Shown in pieces: positions 27,666-38,009 of a DNA stretch of 64,000 bases. The notes below the pieces were generated by a model. It saw nothing but the letters and a program-made list of their open reading frames with translations. It ran no database searches and was not told where the DNA came from. The DNA is taken from assembly GCA_016188775.1 (NCBI GenBank), contig JACPHC010000006.1, positions 618 to 64,617 of the forward strand, in the 5' to 3' direction. This stretch comes from Parcubacteria group bacterium. GTDB lineage: Bacteria; Patescibacteriota; Minisyncoccia; JACPHC01. A program made the translations under genes and the position numbers. Within the stretch, counting starts at the first letter, position 1; the number at the start of each line of letters is the position of its first letter.

Positions 27666-29324
27666 TCAACCGACCACGCTTTCTACTTCATTGATTGAAG
27701 TTAATCCTTGAAGTATTTTCAAAAATCCGTCTTGTTTTAAAGTGATCATTCCTTTTTTGATGGCCAAATCTTGAATGGCGAATTGGGAAGGGGAAGAGAG
27801 AATCAAATTTTTCATTTTCTCGTTCATTTCCAGAATTTCCACTATGGCTACTCGGCCCTTATATCCCGTGTTATTGCATTCCGGGCAGCCAGTCTCCCGG
27901 AATATTTTTGTTTGGGCGTTTAAAGGTTGGGAGAGAAAATTAGCCGGAACGTTTTTGAGAATCGTTTTGATTTTTTTTAATTCTTCTTGAGTCAATTTAT
28001 CTTCTTTTTTGCATTCTTGGCAGAGTTTGCGGACCAGACGTTGGGCAACGGCAAGATTGAAAGCCGCGGCAATAATGGCCGGATTCATGTCCATTTCAAT
28101 CAAGCGGGGAATGGTGCCGGCCGCGTCATTGGTATGCAGAGTGGAAAAAACCAGATGGCCAGTCAGGGCGGATTGCAGAGCGATTTCAGCCGTTTCTTTA
28201 TCCCGCATTTCGCCGATTAAAATCACGTCCGGGTCTTGGCGTAAAATTGAGCGCAGAGCCGTGGCGAAAGTGTAACCTTTGTCCGGCGCGACTTGAGTTT
28301 GAGTGATGCCGGCCAAATGGTATTCCACCGGATCTTCAACTGTGATGATTTTCATTTCCGGCGAATAGACTCTTTTTAAAAAAGCGTAGAGCGTGGTGGT
28401 TTTTCCCGAACCGGTCGGCCCGGTCATAACAATCATGCCGTTGGGTTTGACTATTTCTCTCTCAAATGTTTTCAAGGCGTCGGGACGAAAACCCAGTTCG
28501 TTTAATTCGACATTTATCGCTTTGGGATTTAAAATTCTCAAGACGATGTTTTCGCCCCAGGCGCCCGGAGCTAGCGCGACTCTGACTTCCACGGATTCGT
28601 CAGCCAGCAAAATGGTGAAACGGCCGTCTTGAGCCCGGTCCCGAATATTGATTTTTAAACCGGCCAAAAGCTTTATTCTGGAAAGGATTTGATTGTAAAT
28701 TTTGGGATTAAAAAAGAAAATATCCTGCAAAGAGCCGTCGATGCGAAGCCTTAACCGCACTTCTTTTTCCTGGGCTTCAAAATGGATATCCGAAGCGTTT
28801 AAAGTGACCGCGCCGGCGAAAGCGAATTCCAGTATTTTAACGAGTTGAAATCCCTCGAGAGTTTTAAATTTTTTTTCTAAAACTTCAAGATTATTGATTT
28901 TTGTTTTGAATTCTTCCAGTTCTTCTTTATGAATGATAATTTTTCCGGTGATGCTTTCAACGGGTTTTCTGATTCTTTCGTAAACCCGCCAAGCTTTATT
29001 GAGACTGGTCAAAGAAACGACTAAAAGTTGAATGGCGTATCCTTGATTTTTAAGTTCGGAAATAATTATTTTTGTTTCGGCGTTTTCCGGATCAAAAACG
29101 GCTATTTTTAAATTTTTGGCAGTTTTGCCGATGACGGCCAGATAGCCTCGCCGCGATTTATCTTCAGGAATAAGACCGATGGCCTCGGGGCCCGGGGCCA
29201 ATATTGCGAGATTGGCGTAATTGGCGCCGCTTTTAGCGGCTTTTCTTTCAGCTTCTCTTTCCTCGGCTCCCAGGCGCAAGGTCGCCAGTTTTTCTTGTTG
29301 TGTTTTGTCGGAAAAAGTAACCAT
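27666..29324 (-). CDS. GspE/PilB-family secretion or type IV pilus assembly ATPase
   Basis: Walker A MTGPTGSGKTTTLYA. The C-terminal tetracysteine is CQEC...CPEC. An N-terminal GspE_N-like domain is present. Confidence 0.85.
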   Translation of the reverse strand: MVTFSDKTQQEKLATLRLGAEEREAERKAAKSGANYANLAILAPGPEAIGLIPEDKSRRGYLAVIGKTAKNLKIAVFDPENAETKIIISELKNQGYAIQLLVVSLTSLNKAWRVYERIRKPVESITGKIIIHKEELEEFKTKINNLEVLEKKFKTLEGFQLVKILEFAFAGAVTLNASDIHFEAQEKEVRLRLRIDGSLQDIFFFNPKIYNQILSRIKLLAGLKINIRDRAQDGRFTILLADESVEVRVALAPGAWGENIVLRILNPKAINVELNELGFRPDALKTFEREIVKPNGMIVMTGPTGSGKTTTLYAFLKRVYSPEMKIITVEDPVEYHLAGITQTQVAPDKGYTFATALRSILRQDPDVILIGEMRDKETAEIALQSALTGHLVFSTLHTNDAAGTIPRLIEMDMNPAIIAAAFNLAVAQRLVRKLCQECKKEDKLTQEELKKIKTILKNVPANFLSQPLNAQTKIFRETGCPECNNTGYKGRVAIVEILEMNEKMKNLILSSPSQFAIQDLAIKKGMITLKQDGFLKILQGLTSINEVESVVG

Positions 29325-29545
29325 AAATCCTGATTGGATTATTAGACTTTTTTCTAAAGACCTTTTGCAAAATAATTTTTCGTAACGAAATTCGCAAATT
29401 TCGAGCGAAAATTATGAAGAGCGACGAAGCGTATTTTAATTAAAATACGTTGAGGAGCTCTGAATAATTTGTAGCCGAAATTTGAAGATTGCAGTAGAAA
29501 GAATTATTTTACAAAAGGTCTTATAATTATTTTACTTTAAAGGCG

Positions 29546-30052
29546 CTACTTTAACAAGCTAAAAAGCCTGATCGCGGTTTCTTTTAAATCGCCGGTTCGG
29601 CTTTGAAAAAAAGCCGTTTCCCTGCTTTCAGTTTTTATTTCGTCCAAGCGGCTGATTTTTCCGATTTTCAAAAATTGATCAACAATATTTTTATTTTCAG
29701 CTTGAATAAATCCTCTGGGTTCTTTTTTGGCGGTTTCGTAGACAACCAGCTGAGTCTTGGCCGGGATAACGTTGGAAAATTTTTTAAAAATTTCAACCAG
29801 ATGAGAGGGTCCGGTGTTGGTTTTTTGAAAATCTTCGTTTTTTAAAATTGAAAAAAAGAATTTTTTTTGCGGGTGATAGGAAGCGCGGGAGGCGATTCGG
29901 CCGAAAAGACGAAGTAAAGGTTGAGAAATTAAAGAGTTTTCTTCTTGATCGAGATAAAGCATCAGGCACTCGCCTTCTTTTTCATAGCGGACTTTATCAA
30001 TTATCGGCATATTGGCGCCTAATTTGATAATGAGTTTTTCTTGAGTTTCCAT
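29546..30052 (-). CDS. Hypothetical protein
   Basis: 168-aa ORF with no recognisable motif. Confidence 0.4.
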   Translation of the reverse strand: METQEKLIIKLGANMPIIDKVRYEKEGECLMLYLDQEENSLISQPLLRLFGRIASRASYHPQKKFFFSILKNEDFQKTNTGPSHLVEIFKKFSNVIPAKTQLVVYETAKKEPRGFIQAENKNIVDQFLKIGKISRLDEIKTESRETAFFQSRTGDLKETAIRLFSLLK

Positions 30053-30108
30053 CTTTGCGTCCTACACTAACGCCGGATTTTTAAGCCGTCAAGTGGATAA
30101 GCGATACG

Positions 30109-30149
30109 CTTACTAAACTAATTGGACGGCCGTCAAATCAGTTCAGTAA
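30109..30149. promoter_or_regulatory. Copy 2 of the GACGGCCGTC-centred palindromic motif (CTTACTAAACTAATTGGACGGCCGTCAAATCAGTTCAGTAA)
   Basis: It lies in the divergent region between the minus ORF starting at 30052 and tsaE at 30205. A partial direct repeat TAAGCCGTCAAG lies just upstream at 30083. Confidence 0.6.
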
Positions 30150-30204
30150 AGTTTGAAATTGATTATCCCTTTTTTTATTATAAATAAATCTGATAAAATT
30201 AATT

Positions 30205-30654
30205 ATGCGTTTAAAAATTATTTCCCAAAACGCGAAAGAGACTCAAAAAATCGCTTTTATTTTAGGCCAAGCAATACGCAAAGAAAAAGGCCGCCGAACT
30301 GCTCGGGTAATCGCCCTGGAGGGCAATTTAGGCAGCGGTAAAACTATTTTTACGCAAGGGTTGGCCAAGGGGTTAAAAGTGAAAGGGCGAGTTCTTTCTC
30401 CGACTTTTATTTTGATGAGGCCGCACCAGTTAGGGAAATTTCAAGGCTGTTTTTATCACATTGACAGTTATCGCTTAAAAGGAGAAACTGATCTTTTAAA
30501 TTTGGATTTTGAAACTATTTTCAAAGAGCCGAAAAATATTATTGTTATTGAATGGCCGGGCCGGGTCAAAAAAATTCTGCCCCAAGACGCGATTTGGATT
30601 AAATTTAAAATAATTGGAAAATTAAAGAGAGAGATTTCTTTTTTAATAAAATAA
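30205..30654 (+). CDS. tsaE: tRNA threonylcarbamoyladenosine biosynthesis protein TsaE
   Basis: P-loop LEGNLGSGKTIFTQGLAKGL and the expected ~150 aa size. Confidence 0.8.
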   Translation: MRLKIISQNAKETQKIAFILGQAIRKEKGRRTARVIALEGNLGSGKTIFTQGLAKGLKVKGRVLSPTFILMRPHQLGKFQGCFYHIDSYRLKGETDLLNLDFETIFKEPKNIIVIEWPGRVKKILPQDAIWIKFKIIGKLKREISFLIK

Positions 30655-30661
30655 AATCGCT

Positions 30662-33256
30662 ATGCCTAAATTAATTCTAATTGATTCTCACGCCCTGATT
30701 CATCGGGCCTATCACGCCTTGCCGCCTTTGATTACTAAAAAAGGCGAAGTGGTCGGCGCGGTTTACGGTTTTTCCAGTCTTTTGATTAAAATTATTAAAG
30801 AGATGAGACCGGATTATCTGGTCGCGGCTTTTGACAGGCCGGAGCCGACTTTTCGGCACGAAGAATATAAAGAATACAAAGCTCAAAGACCCCCTACGCC
30901 ATCGGATTTGGAATCCCAGTTCGTCGTCGTGAAAGATGTTTTAAGGGCTTTTTCTATTCCGGTTTTGGAAAAATCCGGCTATGAGGCTGACGACATTATC
31001 GGCGCGATTGCCCAGAAAATAAAAAAAGAGAAACCGAATATTGAAATAATTATTTTAAGCGGCGATTTGGATTTGCTTCAATTGGTTGATTCCAACGTTT
31101 CGGTTTTGGCTTTAAAAAAAGGAATTTCCGAGACAATTCTTTACGATCTCAAGGCTATTAAATTAAGATACGACCTTTTACCCGAAGAGTTGGTGGATTA
31201 TAAAGCGTTGGTCGGCGATCCATCCGATAATATTCCCGGGGTTCGAGGCATTGGCCCTAAAAGAGCGACGGAACTCGTTAAAAAATACGGCCCAGTTGAA
31301 AATATGAAAGATTTTTTGAAAGAGGAAGAATACAAAATAGCTCTTTTTTCAAAAAAATTAACCAAGATAAATCGAGACGTTCCGATGGAATTTGACTTGG
31401 AAAAAGCGCGTTTTTCTTTGACGGTCACAACCAAAATTAAAGAAATTTTTCACGAATTAGGCTTTAAAACATTAATGGCGCGCCTGGAGCCTCAAAAAAC
31501 GCTTTTTGAGATAAATCAAGAAAAAATGGCTGGTCAAAAAAATAACGGGCTAAAAAATGAATTTAGACCGCTGGGAAGTGAAAATATCCAGGATTTCGCA
31601 AACACGGCTAAAAAACGGGGGAATTTACTAATTATTTACGATGAAAAGGAGGCGGAATTTTTTGTTTCAGCGGATAATCAAAATTTTTTCCAGTTGGATA
31701 AAAATAATGCCACTTTTGATAAAAGAGTTTTAGAAATTATTTGGCCATTATTAAAAGATGAAAAAATCGAAAAATGGGGCTGGGATTTAAAGCCGTTTTT
31801 GAAGATAATAATGAAGCCAAACGAGCCAAGCAACGATTTTTTGTCATGGTTGGACAAGAATCGGTTTATTGATCTTAAAATCGTTGCCTGGCTTTTAGAT
31901 TCGGGCCGGAGATCTTACAATTTAAAAGAAATTTTATCGTTTGAAACCGGCCAAGAAACTTATGAAGGACTTTTGATTTTGAAAAATATTTTTTTGGCCA
32001 ATATCAAAAAATTGGGATTGGAAAAAGTTTTTTTTGAAATTGAGACGCCTCTTATTCCGATTTTAGCTAAAATGGAAAACCGGGGGATTTCAGTCAATCA
32101 AAAGCAACTGGCCCAAATGGCTCAAAAATTTGAAAAAGAAACAGCTGATTTAAAAAATAAAATTTTTTATCTGGCCGGCGGCAATTTTAATCCCAATTCC
32201 GGCCGGGAACTCAAAGAGGTTCTTTTTGAACGTTTAAAAATTTCAAAAGCCGGACTTAAAAAGACTCCCAAAGGAGAAATTTCCGTCGCGGCCGATGAAC
32301 TTTTAAAACTGGAACAGGCGCATCCGATTGTTCCTTTGATGTTAAAATTGCGGGAGTTGACGAAATTAAAATCCACCTATATCGACCCTTTGCCTGATTT
32401 AATAGATAAAAAAGATAATCGGATCCATACCGCATTTTTTCAGACAGGCACCGCCACCGGTCGGTTGAGTTCGGCCAGTCCCAATTTGCAGAATTTGCCG
32501 GCTCGTTCGGAATTTTCAAAAGATATCAGGAGTATTTTTGAAGCCAGTCCGGGTTTTGAGTTCGCGGCTTTTGATTATTCCCAGCTTGAACTTCGCATTA
32601 TCGCTTCTTTGGCCAATGATGAAAAAATGATCGCCGCTTTTAAAAAAAACGAAGATATTCATGTCCGAGTGGCGGCGGAAATTAATAATGTTCCCGTTGA
32701 GAAAGTGAGCGGCCAGATGCGTCAGGCGGCCAAAGCCCTGAATTTCGGCTTGATTTACGGCATGGGGATTTTAGGCTTTGCCAAAAGCGCCGGCATTTCC
32801 CGGGAGGAAGCCGAGTCTTTTATGGCCGAATATTTCGCTGATTTTGCCGGCCTCGCCCATTATATTGAATTTTTTAAAGAAGAAGCGCGTAAAAACGGAT
32901 TGGCCAGAACCGTTTTTGGGCGGGTTCGATTTTTGCCGGAGATTAATTCGCCTCGGGAAAATTTACGGAAAGAAGCGGAGCGAATGGCCGTGAATATGTC
33001 GGTGCAGGGACTGGCCGCGGATATAATGAAGCTCGGCATGAATAAAATCGAACAACAATTGGGCGGATCCGAGGAAGTATTTTTGATTCTTCAAATTCAC
33101 GACGAATTGGTGTTTGAAATAAAATCTGATAAAATAAAAGAAAATGTCGCCATTATCAAAAATATAATGGAGAATATCTATGATTTGAAATCCGGTCTTA
33201 AGGTTGATATCGAATCCGGCAATAATTTAGGAAATTTAAAAAGCGTAAATATATGA
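30662..33256 (+). CDS. polA: DNA polymerase I
   Basis: The 5'-3' exonuclease N-terminus (LILIDSHALIHRAYHAL) is present. Polymerase motif A is DYSQLELRI, motif B is RQAAKALNFGLIYG and motif C is LQIHDELVFE. Confidence 0.95.
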   Translation: MPKLILIDSHALIHRAYHALPPLITKKGEVVGAVYGFSSLLIKIIKEMRPDYLVAAFDRPEPTFRHEEYKEYKAQRPPTPSDLESQFVVVKDVLRAFSIPVLEKSGYEADDIIGAIAQKIKKEKPNIEIIILSGDLDLLQLVDSNVSVLALKKGISETILYDLKAIKLRYDLLPEELVDYKALVGDPSDNIPGVRGIGPKRATELVKKYGPVENMKDFLKEEEYKIALFSKKLTKINRDVPMEFDLEKARFSLTVTTKIKEIFHELGFKTLMARLEPQKTLFEINQEKMAGQKNNGLKNEFRPLGSENIQDFANTAKKRGNLLIIYDEKEAEFFVSADNQNFFQLDKNNATFDKRVLEIIWPLLKDEKIEKWGWDLKPFLKIIMKPNEPSNDFLSWLDKNRFIDLKIVAWLLDSGRRSYNLKEILSFETGQETYEGLLILKNIFLANIKKLGLEKVFFEIETPLIPILAKMENRGISVNQKQLAQMAQKFEKETADLKNKIFYLAGGNFNPNSGRELKEVLFERLKISKAGLKKTPKGEISVAADELLKLEQAHPIVPLMLKLRELTKLKSTYIDPLPDLIDKKDNRIHTAFFQTGTATGRLSSASPNLQNLPARSEFSKDIRSIFEASPGFEFAAFDYSQLELRIIASLANDEKMIAAFKKNEDIHVRVAAEINNVPVEKVSGQMRQAAKALNFGLIYGMGILGFAKSAGISREEAESFMAEYFADFAGLAHYIEFFKEEARKNGLARTVFGRVRFLPEINSPRENLRKEAERMAVNMSVQGLAADIMKLGMNKIEQQLGGSEEVFLILQIHDELVFEIKSDKIKENVAIIKNIMENIYDLKSGLKVDIESGNNLGNLKSVNI

Positions 33257-33660
33257 CAAAAAACATTATTTTAATTTTAGCGATTATTTTGGTTGTCGGC
33301 GGTTTGGGTTATTACAGTTTTTACGGCTCATCGTCTTCGCCGTCTTCTTCCGCGACGACTCCTTTGACAAGCCCGGAATCCTCCGCTAAAGAATGGAATG
33401 TTATTTACGAGAATAATAAATTTAATCCCGATTCTCTGAAAATTAAATTCGGAGATATTGTTATTTTTGAAAATCTCGGCGATTTTCCAATGTGGCCGGC
33501 TTCCAATCCTCATCCGGCTCACAGCGATTTGGCCGGCTTTGACGCTCTTCGAGGCTATATTCAAAACGAATCTTATAAATTTGTTTTTACTCAAAAAGGC
33601 GCTTGGAGCTATCACAATCATTTAAATCCCGAAGCCGGCGGTAAAATCATCGTGGAATAA
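33253..33660 (+). CDS. Secreted small protein with a cupredoxin-like beta-sandwich pattern. No Cys ligand is present
   Basis: Signal or TM helix, Ser-rich linker, then ...KIKFGDIVIFEN...YKFVFTQKGAWSYHNHLNPEAGGKIIVE. Confidence 0.35.
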   Translation: MTKNIILILAIILVVGGLGYYSFYGSSSSPSSSATTPLTSPESSAKEWNVIYENNKFNPDSLKIKFGDIVIFENLGDFPMWPASNPHPAHSDLAGFDALRGYIQNESYKFVFTQKGAWSYHNHLNPEAGGKIIVE

Positions 33661-33884
33661 TGCGTAAGAATTAACAGCGTTATTTACATCATAATATCGT
33701 CTTTGATAATTCGCCAAGAAAACCCTTCGCGGGCCGAGCGGGCATGGTTTCGCCAAAGGCGAAGAGCGAGGCCGAGATGGAGCGCAATTTCCCGCCGGGG
33801 AAATTGATAGCGTGTTTTCGAGCGAATCGTCAAAAGCGATAGAATATTTAAAAATGAAAACAGCGCTATGAAATTTTACAAATA

Positions 33885-35135
33885 ATGCAAATTCTTTTAA
33901 CCATCGCTCCTCTGATTTTAGGGGCGGCTATTATATTTTCCGGCATTCTTTTTTTGGTTTTTCTGCTTTTATTTTTTCGCAGCGTCAATAAGCGTGAACG
34001 GGTTATTAAAACCGAGAGAGATTTTTTTGAAAATTTGATTGACAGCCTTGAAGACGGCGCGATTTTTATTAATCGGGAGAATAAAATGACGGTTATTAAC
34101 AAAACCTCGGAATCGCTTTTAGAAATTCAAAGAGCCGATACTTTAGGCCTGGATATTGAAGCCGAAATTTTGGAAAGAGAGAAATTTCGCACGCTTCGCC
34201 AAGTTTTAACTCCGGCCTTGGCTTCTTCTTTTCGAATCCTTTCAAAATCGGAAGATAGAGAGGAGATAGTTGAAATTTTAATCAAAGAGCCCCGGGAAAA
34301 AACTTTTTTAGTCACGAGTTTGCCGATTTACGCGGCTGGGACAGCTGATCGGATCGGATACTTAAAAATTATTAGAGACATATCTCGGGAAAAAGCCCTG
34401 GAGCGGGTGCGTTCGGAATTCATTACTATCGCCGCTCATCAGCTTCGGACGCCTCTCGCGGCCATTAAATGGTCTTTAAAAATGCTTCTTGATGAAGATT
34501 TGGGAGGTATAAGCGGCGAGCAAAAAGACATTCTTCAAAAAGGCTATGATTCCAATGATCGAATGATTCAACTGGTTTCCGAGCTTTTAGACGCGGCCAG
34601 AATCGAGGAGGGCCGGTTCGGCTACGAATTCATCGAAACTGATTTTATTTCTTTTATGGAAGATGTTGTTAATAATTTAAAAAAACAAGCCGAAGAAGCC
34701 GGCGTAAAACTTTTTTTGCGTAAACCTAAAGAATCAATTCGGCCGATTAAATTTGATCCGAATAAATTAAGACTGGTGGTGGAAAATTTGATCGATAACG
34801 CGATTCGTTACACCTTGTCGGGCGGCCAGATTGATGTTATGATTGAAAAAGACCCCTCTTTTATTAAAGTTAAAATCGAAGATACGGGAGTGGGTATTCC
34901 GGCTCATCAATTAAGCCGCCTTTTTACGAAATTTTTCCGCGGCGAAAATGTTATGCGGCTTCAGACTGAAGGCAGCGGCCTTGGGCTTTTCATTTCCAAA
35001 AATATTATCGAAGGACATAACGGAGAAATTTGGGCCGAATCTCAGGAAGGCAAAGGCAGCAGTTTTTATTTCACGATTCCAATCGAATCCCAGATGACTT
35101 CCAAAAAGGGCGTTTCTTTTGGTAAAATTGTGTAG
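33885..35135 (+). CDS. Sensor histidine kinase (two TM helices, PAS-like, HisKA and HATPase_c domains)
   Basis: H-box IAAHQLRTPLAAI, N-box LIDNAIRYT, and G-boxes DTGVGIP and GSGLGL. Confidence 0.9.
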   Translation: MQILLTIAPLILGAAIIFSGILFLVFLLLFFRSVNKRERVIKTERDFFENLIDSLEDGAIFINRENKMTVINKTSESLLEIQRADTLGLDIEAEILEREKFRTLRQVLTPALASSFRILSKSEDREEIVEILIKEPREKTFLVTSLPIYAAGTADRIGYLKIIRDISREKALERVRSEFITIAAHQLRTPLAAIKWSLKMLLDEDLGGISGEQKDILQKGYDSNDRMIQLVSELLDAARIEEGRFGYEFIETDFISFMEDVVNNLKKQAEEAGVKLFLRKPKESIRPIKFDPNKLRLVVENLIDNAIRYTLSGGQIDVMIEKDPSFIKVKIEDTGVGIPAHQLSRLFTKFFRGENVMRLQTEGSGLGLFISKNIIEGHNGEIWAESQEGKGSSFYFTIPIESQMTSKKGVSFGKIV

Positions 35136-35163
35136 TGGAAAAATATATGATATAATTTCAAAT

Positions 35164-35946
35164 ATGCCGAAACGGATACTTATTATAGAAGACGAGGAAA
35201 TACTTCTCGACCTTTTGCAAAATAAATTGGAAAAGTCCGGCTACGAAGTAATGGCCGCGCGAGACGGAATGGAGGGCCTTTCGGCCATGGAAAAAGAAAA
35301 ACCGGATTTGATTCTGCTCGATATCCTGATGCCGGTAATGAACGGAATGGAGGTTTTGAAAATAATGCATCGGAATAAAATTTTGTCCGAGATTCCCGTC
35401 ATCATTCTTTCCAATTCGGGACAGGAAGTGGAAGTGGATGAAGCCGTCAAATTAGGCGCGAAAGATTATTTAATCAAGGCGGAATTTGACCCCGACGAAG
35501 TTTTGGAAAAAGTTAAAAAACAATTAAGCGAAGATCCAATGCCCAACGAAGAAAAATTGCCAACCGAATCAACGCGTATTTTGCTCGTTGAAGACGACAA
35601 GTTTTTGCGCGATTTAATTTCGCAAAAATTAATTAAAGAGGGATTTAATTTGTCCGTGGCCATTGACGGCGAAGAAGGATTGAAAAAAACCTTGGAAGAA
35701 AAGCCTCAATTGGTTCTGCTGGATATTATTTTGCCCGGCATAGACGGTTTTGAAGTTTTAAGCAAAATTCGCGCCAACGCCGAAACGGCCAAAACGCCGG
35801 TGATTCTTTTGTCTAATCTCGGAGCCAAAGATGATGTTGAGAGGGGATTGCAGTTGGGCGCGGACGATTATATGATCAAGGCTCATTTCACGCCCGGGGA
35901 AATTATCGCCAAAGTGAAAAATATCATCCAATTGAAGCATTCGTAA
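35164..35946 (+). CDS. Response regulator with two tandem receiver domains and no output domain
   Basis: REC1 runs RILIIEDEE...LILLDILMP...KAEF and REC2 runs RILLVEDDK...LVLLDIILP...KAHF. The start at 35164 is preferred over 35119. Confidence 0.85.
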   Translation: MPKRILIIEDEEILLDLLQNKLEKSGYEVMAARDGMEGLSAMEKEKPDLILLDILMPVMNGMEVLKIMHRNKILSEIPVIILSNSGQEVEVDEAVKLGAKDYLIKAEFDPDEVLEKVKKQLSEDPMPNEEKLPTESTRILLVEDDKFLRDLISQKLIKEGFNLSVAIDGEEGLKKTLEEKPQLVLLDIILPGIDGFEVLSKIRANAETAKTPVILLSNLGAKDDVERGLQLGADDYMIKAHFTPGEIIAKVKNIIQLKHS

Positions 35947-35954
35947 AAAGTTTT

Positions 35955-36830
35955 ATGCCCGAGTTGCCAGAAGTGGAAACAATCGTTCGGGATTTAAAGA
36001 AAAAAATCATCGGCCGGAAAATTATCGACGCTTGGGTCGATACGCCGAAATTGATCAAAAATCCGAAAAATTTTTCCGATTTTAAAGAAAAAATAAAAAA
36101 CAGAAAAATTCTGGACGCTTGGCGAAGAGGCAAGAATATTATTTTAAGTTTATCGGGCGGAAAAACTTTATTGATTCATCAGAAAATGACCGGCCATCTT
36201 TTGGTGGGTCAATGGAAATGGCAAAAAAATAATTGGCAGCCAATTGGCGACGGCTATCTTAAAGAAAAGGTGAACAATTATATTCATCTTTTATTTTTTT
36301 TAGATGACAACCGGATGTTCGCGTTGTCGGACGTAAGAAAATTTGCCAAAGCGATTTTAATTGATTCGGAAAACTTAAATCAACTTTCGGATATAAAAAA
36401 TCTCGGTCCGGAGCCGCTGGATAAAAAATTTACTTTTGCTAAATTCAAAGAAAGATTAAAAAATAAAAAAGGAAAAATTAAACAAATTTTATTGAATCAG
36501 GAAATTATCGCCGGATTGGGCAATATTTACGCCGACGAAACTTTGTTCTTGGCTCGCCTTCATCCAACGCGGCGACTGGAGAGCCTAAATAACGCAGAGC
36601 TGGCGCGGATTTATAAATCCAGCCGATTGGTTTTAAAAAAAGCCATCCGTTTGAGGGGAACTTCCATCAGCGATTACCGCGATACCGCGGGCAAACCCGG
36701 CGGCTATGATAAAGTCCGCTTGGTTTATCGCAGAGAAGGCGAAAAATGCCCCAGGCCTTGCCAAGGTCTGGTTCAACGGATTAAAATCGGAAACAGATCC
36801 GCTCATTTTTGCCCAAAATGCCAGAAATAA
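35955..36830 (+). CDS. mutM: Formamidopyrimidine-DNA glycosylase
   Basis: N-terminal MPELPEVE and a C-terminal zinc finger C..C...C..C. Confidence 0.9.
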   Translation: MPELPEVETIVRDLKKKIIGRKIIDAWVDTPKLIKNPKNFSDFKEKIKNRKILDAWRRGKNIILSLSGGKTLLIHQKMTGHLLVGQWKWQKNNWQPIGDGYLKEKVNNYIHLLFFLDDNRMFALSDVRKFAKAILIDSENLNQLSDIKNLGPEPLDKKFTFAKFKERLKNKKGKIKQILLNQEIIAGLGNIYADETLFLARLHPTRRLESLNNAELARIYKSSRLVLKKAIRLRGTSISDYRDTAGKPGGYDKVRLVYRREGEKCPRPCQGLVQRIKIGNRSAHFCPKCQK

Positions 36831-36835
36831 ATAAT

Positions 36836-36870
36836 TTACGAGGCTTAGCCTCGTAAATTAATATTTTTTC
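36836..36870 (+). terminator. Rho-independent terminator after mutM
   Basis: tttacgaggcttagcctcgtaaa followed by a T tract. Confidence 0.55.
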
Positions 36871-36897
36871 AAACTTATCTCATCATCTTTAATTTAA

Positions 36898-37827
36898 ATG
36901 CTTTATTTTCTTTACGGCGAGGACTCGTACCGGGCTCGCCAAAAATTAAACGAAATTATCAACGAATATCAAAAGAAAAATTCCGGCCTTTTGAATTTTT
37001 CCCGTTTTGATCTCGAAGAAGATCTTATAAATAAAATTTTTGATGAGTCGCGGAATGCCAATTTATTGGGTAAAAAATTAACGGTTGTTGAAAATATTTC
37101 TTTTTTACCGAAAAATTTCGAGGAAAAATTTATCAAAACTTTGGATTTTTTAAAAAACGATAAAGAAATAATTATTGTTTTATTTGAGCCTGGGAAACTG
37201 GACGCTAAAAAGAAAATCTTTAAAGAGCTGAAAGAAATCGCTAAAAATCAGGAATTTAAAAAAATAACCGGCCGAGAATTGGCGGTTTGGACCAAAAAAG
37301 AAATTAAAGCCGAAGGAGGCGAGATTGACAGCCAAGTCCTTGATCTACTGATCGGACTTTTTCAGAACTCATGGGAAATCGCTTCGGAGATTAAAAAACT
37401 TGTCAATTATTCGCCGAAAATCAGCGAAGAGAGTATTTTAACTTTGTCGCAGAATCGAGCGGAGGTCAGCGTTTTTAAATTCATTGATTCGATACTGGCA
37501 AAACAAAAATATCAGTCTTTAATTTTATTGGAAAAAATTTTAAAAAATGGAGAATCGGAGCTTAATGTTTTGGGTCTTTTGGCTTATTATTTTCGCAATC
37601 TTTTAAGATTAAATTCTTTAAATCAAAAAGGATTGAGCGGGCGAGAAGCGGCGGCCGCGGCCGGTCTTCATCCCTACGCCGCTTCCAAAATGACCGCGGC
37701 TTTTAGATTTTTCGGCCTTCAAGAATTAAAAAAATTCTATTCTCAAATTTTGAAAATAGAATTTTTGATTAAAAGCGGTCAAATCGATCCTCGCGACGGT
37801 CTTTGGCAGTTCTTGCTTGATGTTTAA
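36898..37827 (+). CDS. holA: DNA polymerase III delta subunit
   Basis: MLYFLYGEDSYRARQKLNEI N-terminus and the expected ~310 aa size. Confidence 0.75.
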   Translation: MLYFLYGEDSYRARQKLNEIINEYQKKNSGLLNFSRFDLEEDLINKIFDESRNANLLGKKLTVVENISFLPKNFEEKFIKTLDFLKNDKEIIIVLFEPGKLDAKKKIFKELKEIAKNQEFKKITGRELAVWTKKEIKAEGGEIDSQVLDLLIGLFQNSWEIASEIKKLVNYSPKISEESILTLSQNRAEVSVFKFIDSILAKQKYQSLILLEKILKNGESELNVLGLLAYYFRNLLRLNSLNQKGLSGREAAAAAGLHPYAASKMTAAFRFFGLQELKKFYSQILKIEFLIKSGQIDPRDGLWQFLLDV

Positions 37828-37884
37828 AAATTTACTTTATTATGTGCTCGTTTAATATTTTATGACTGACGATGCTGTTAAAAT

Positions 37885-37973
37885 GTCATTGCGAGCGACC
37901 GAAGGAAGCGAAGCAATCTCAAAAACTCGCATAAATATAAGATTGCCACGGCGTCTTCGACGCCTCGCAATGA
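37885..37973. repeat. Copy D of the family-1 miniature palindromic element
   Basis: GTCATTGCGAGCGACCGAAGGAAGCGAAGCAATC ... GATTGCCACGGCGTCTTCGACGCCTCGCAATGAC. Confidence 0.8.
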
Positions 37974-38009
37974 CAAAAAGCGAATTCTCTAATGGTTTGC
38001 GGAATAAGT

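Noticed and set aside
31560-32050. Possible loss of 3'-5' proofreading motifs in PolA
   Set aside because: Exo I/II/III motifs cannot be scored reliably by eye in this low-complexity linker region. An alignment is needed before any claim.
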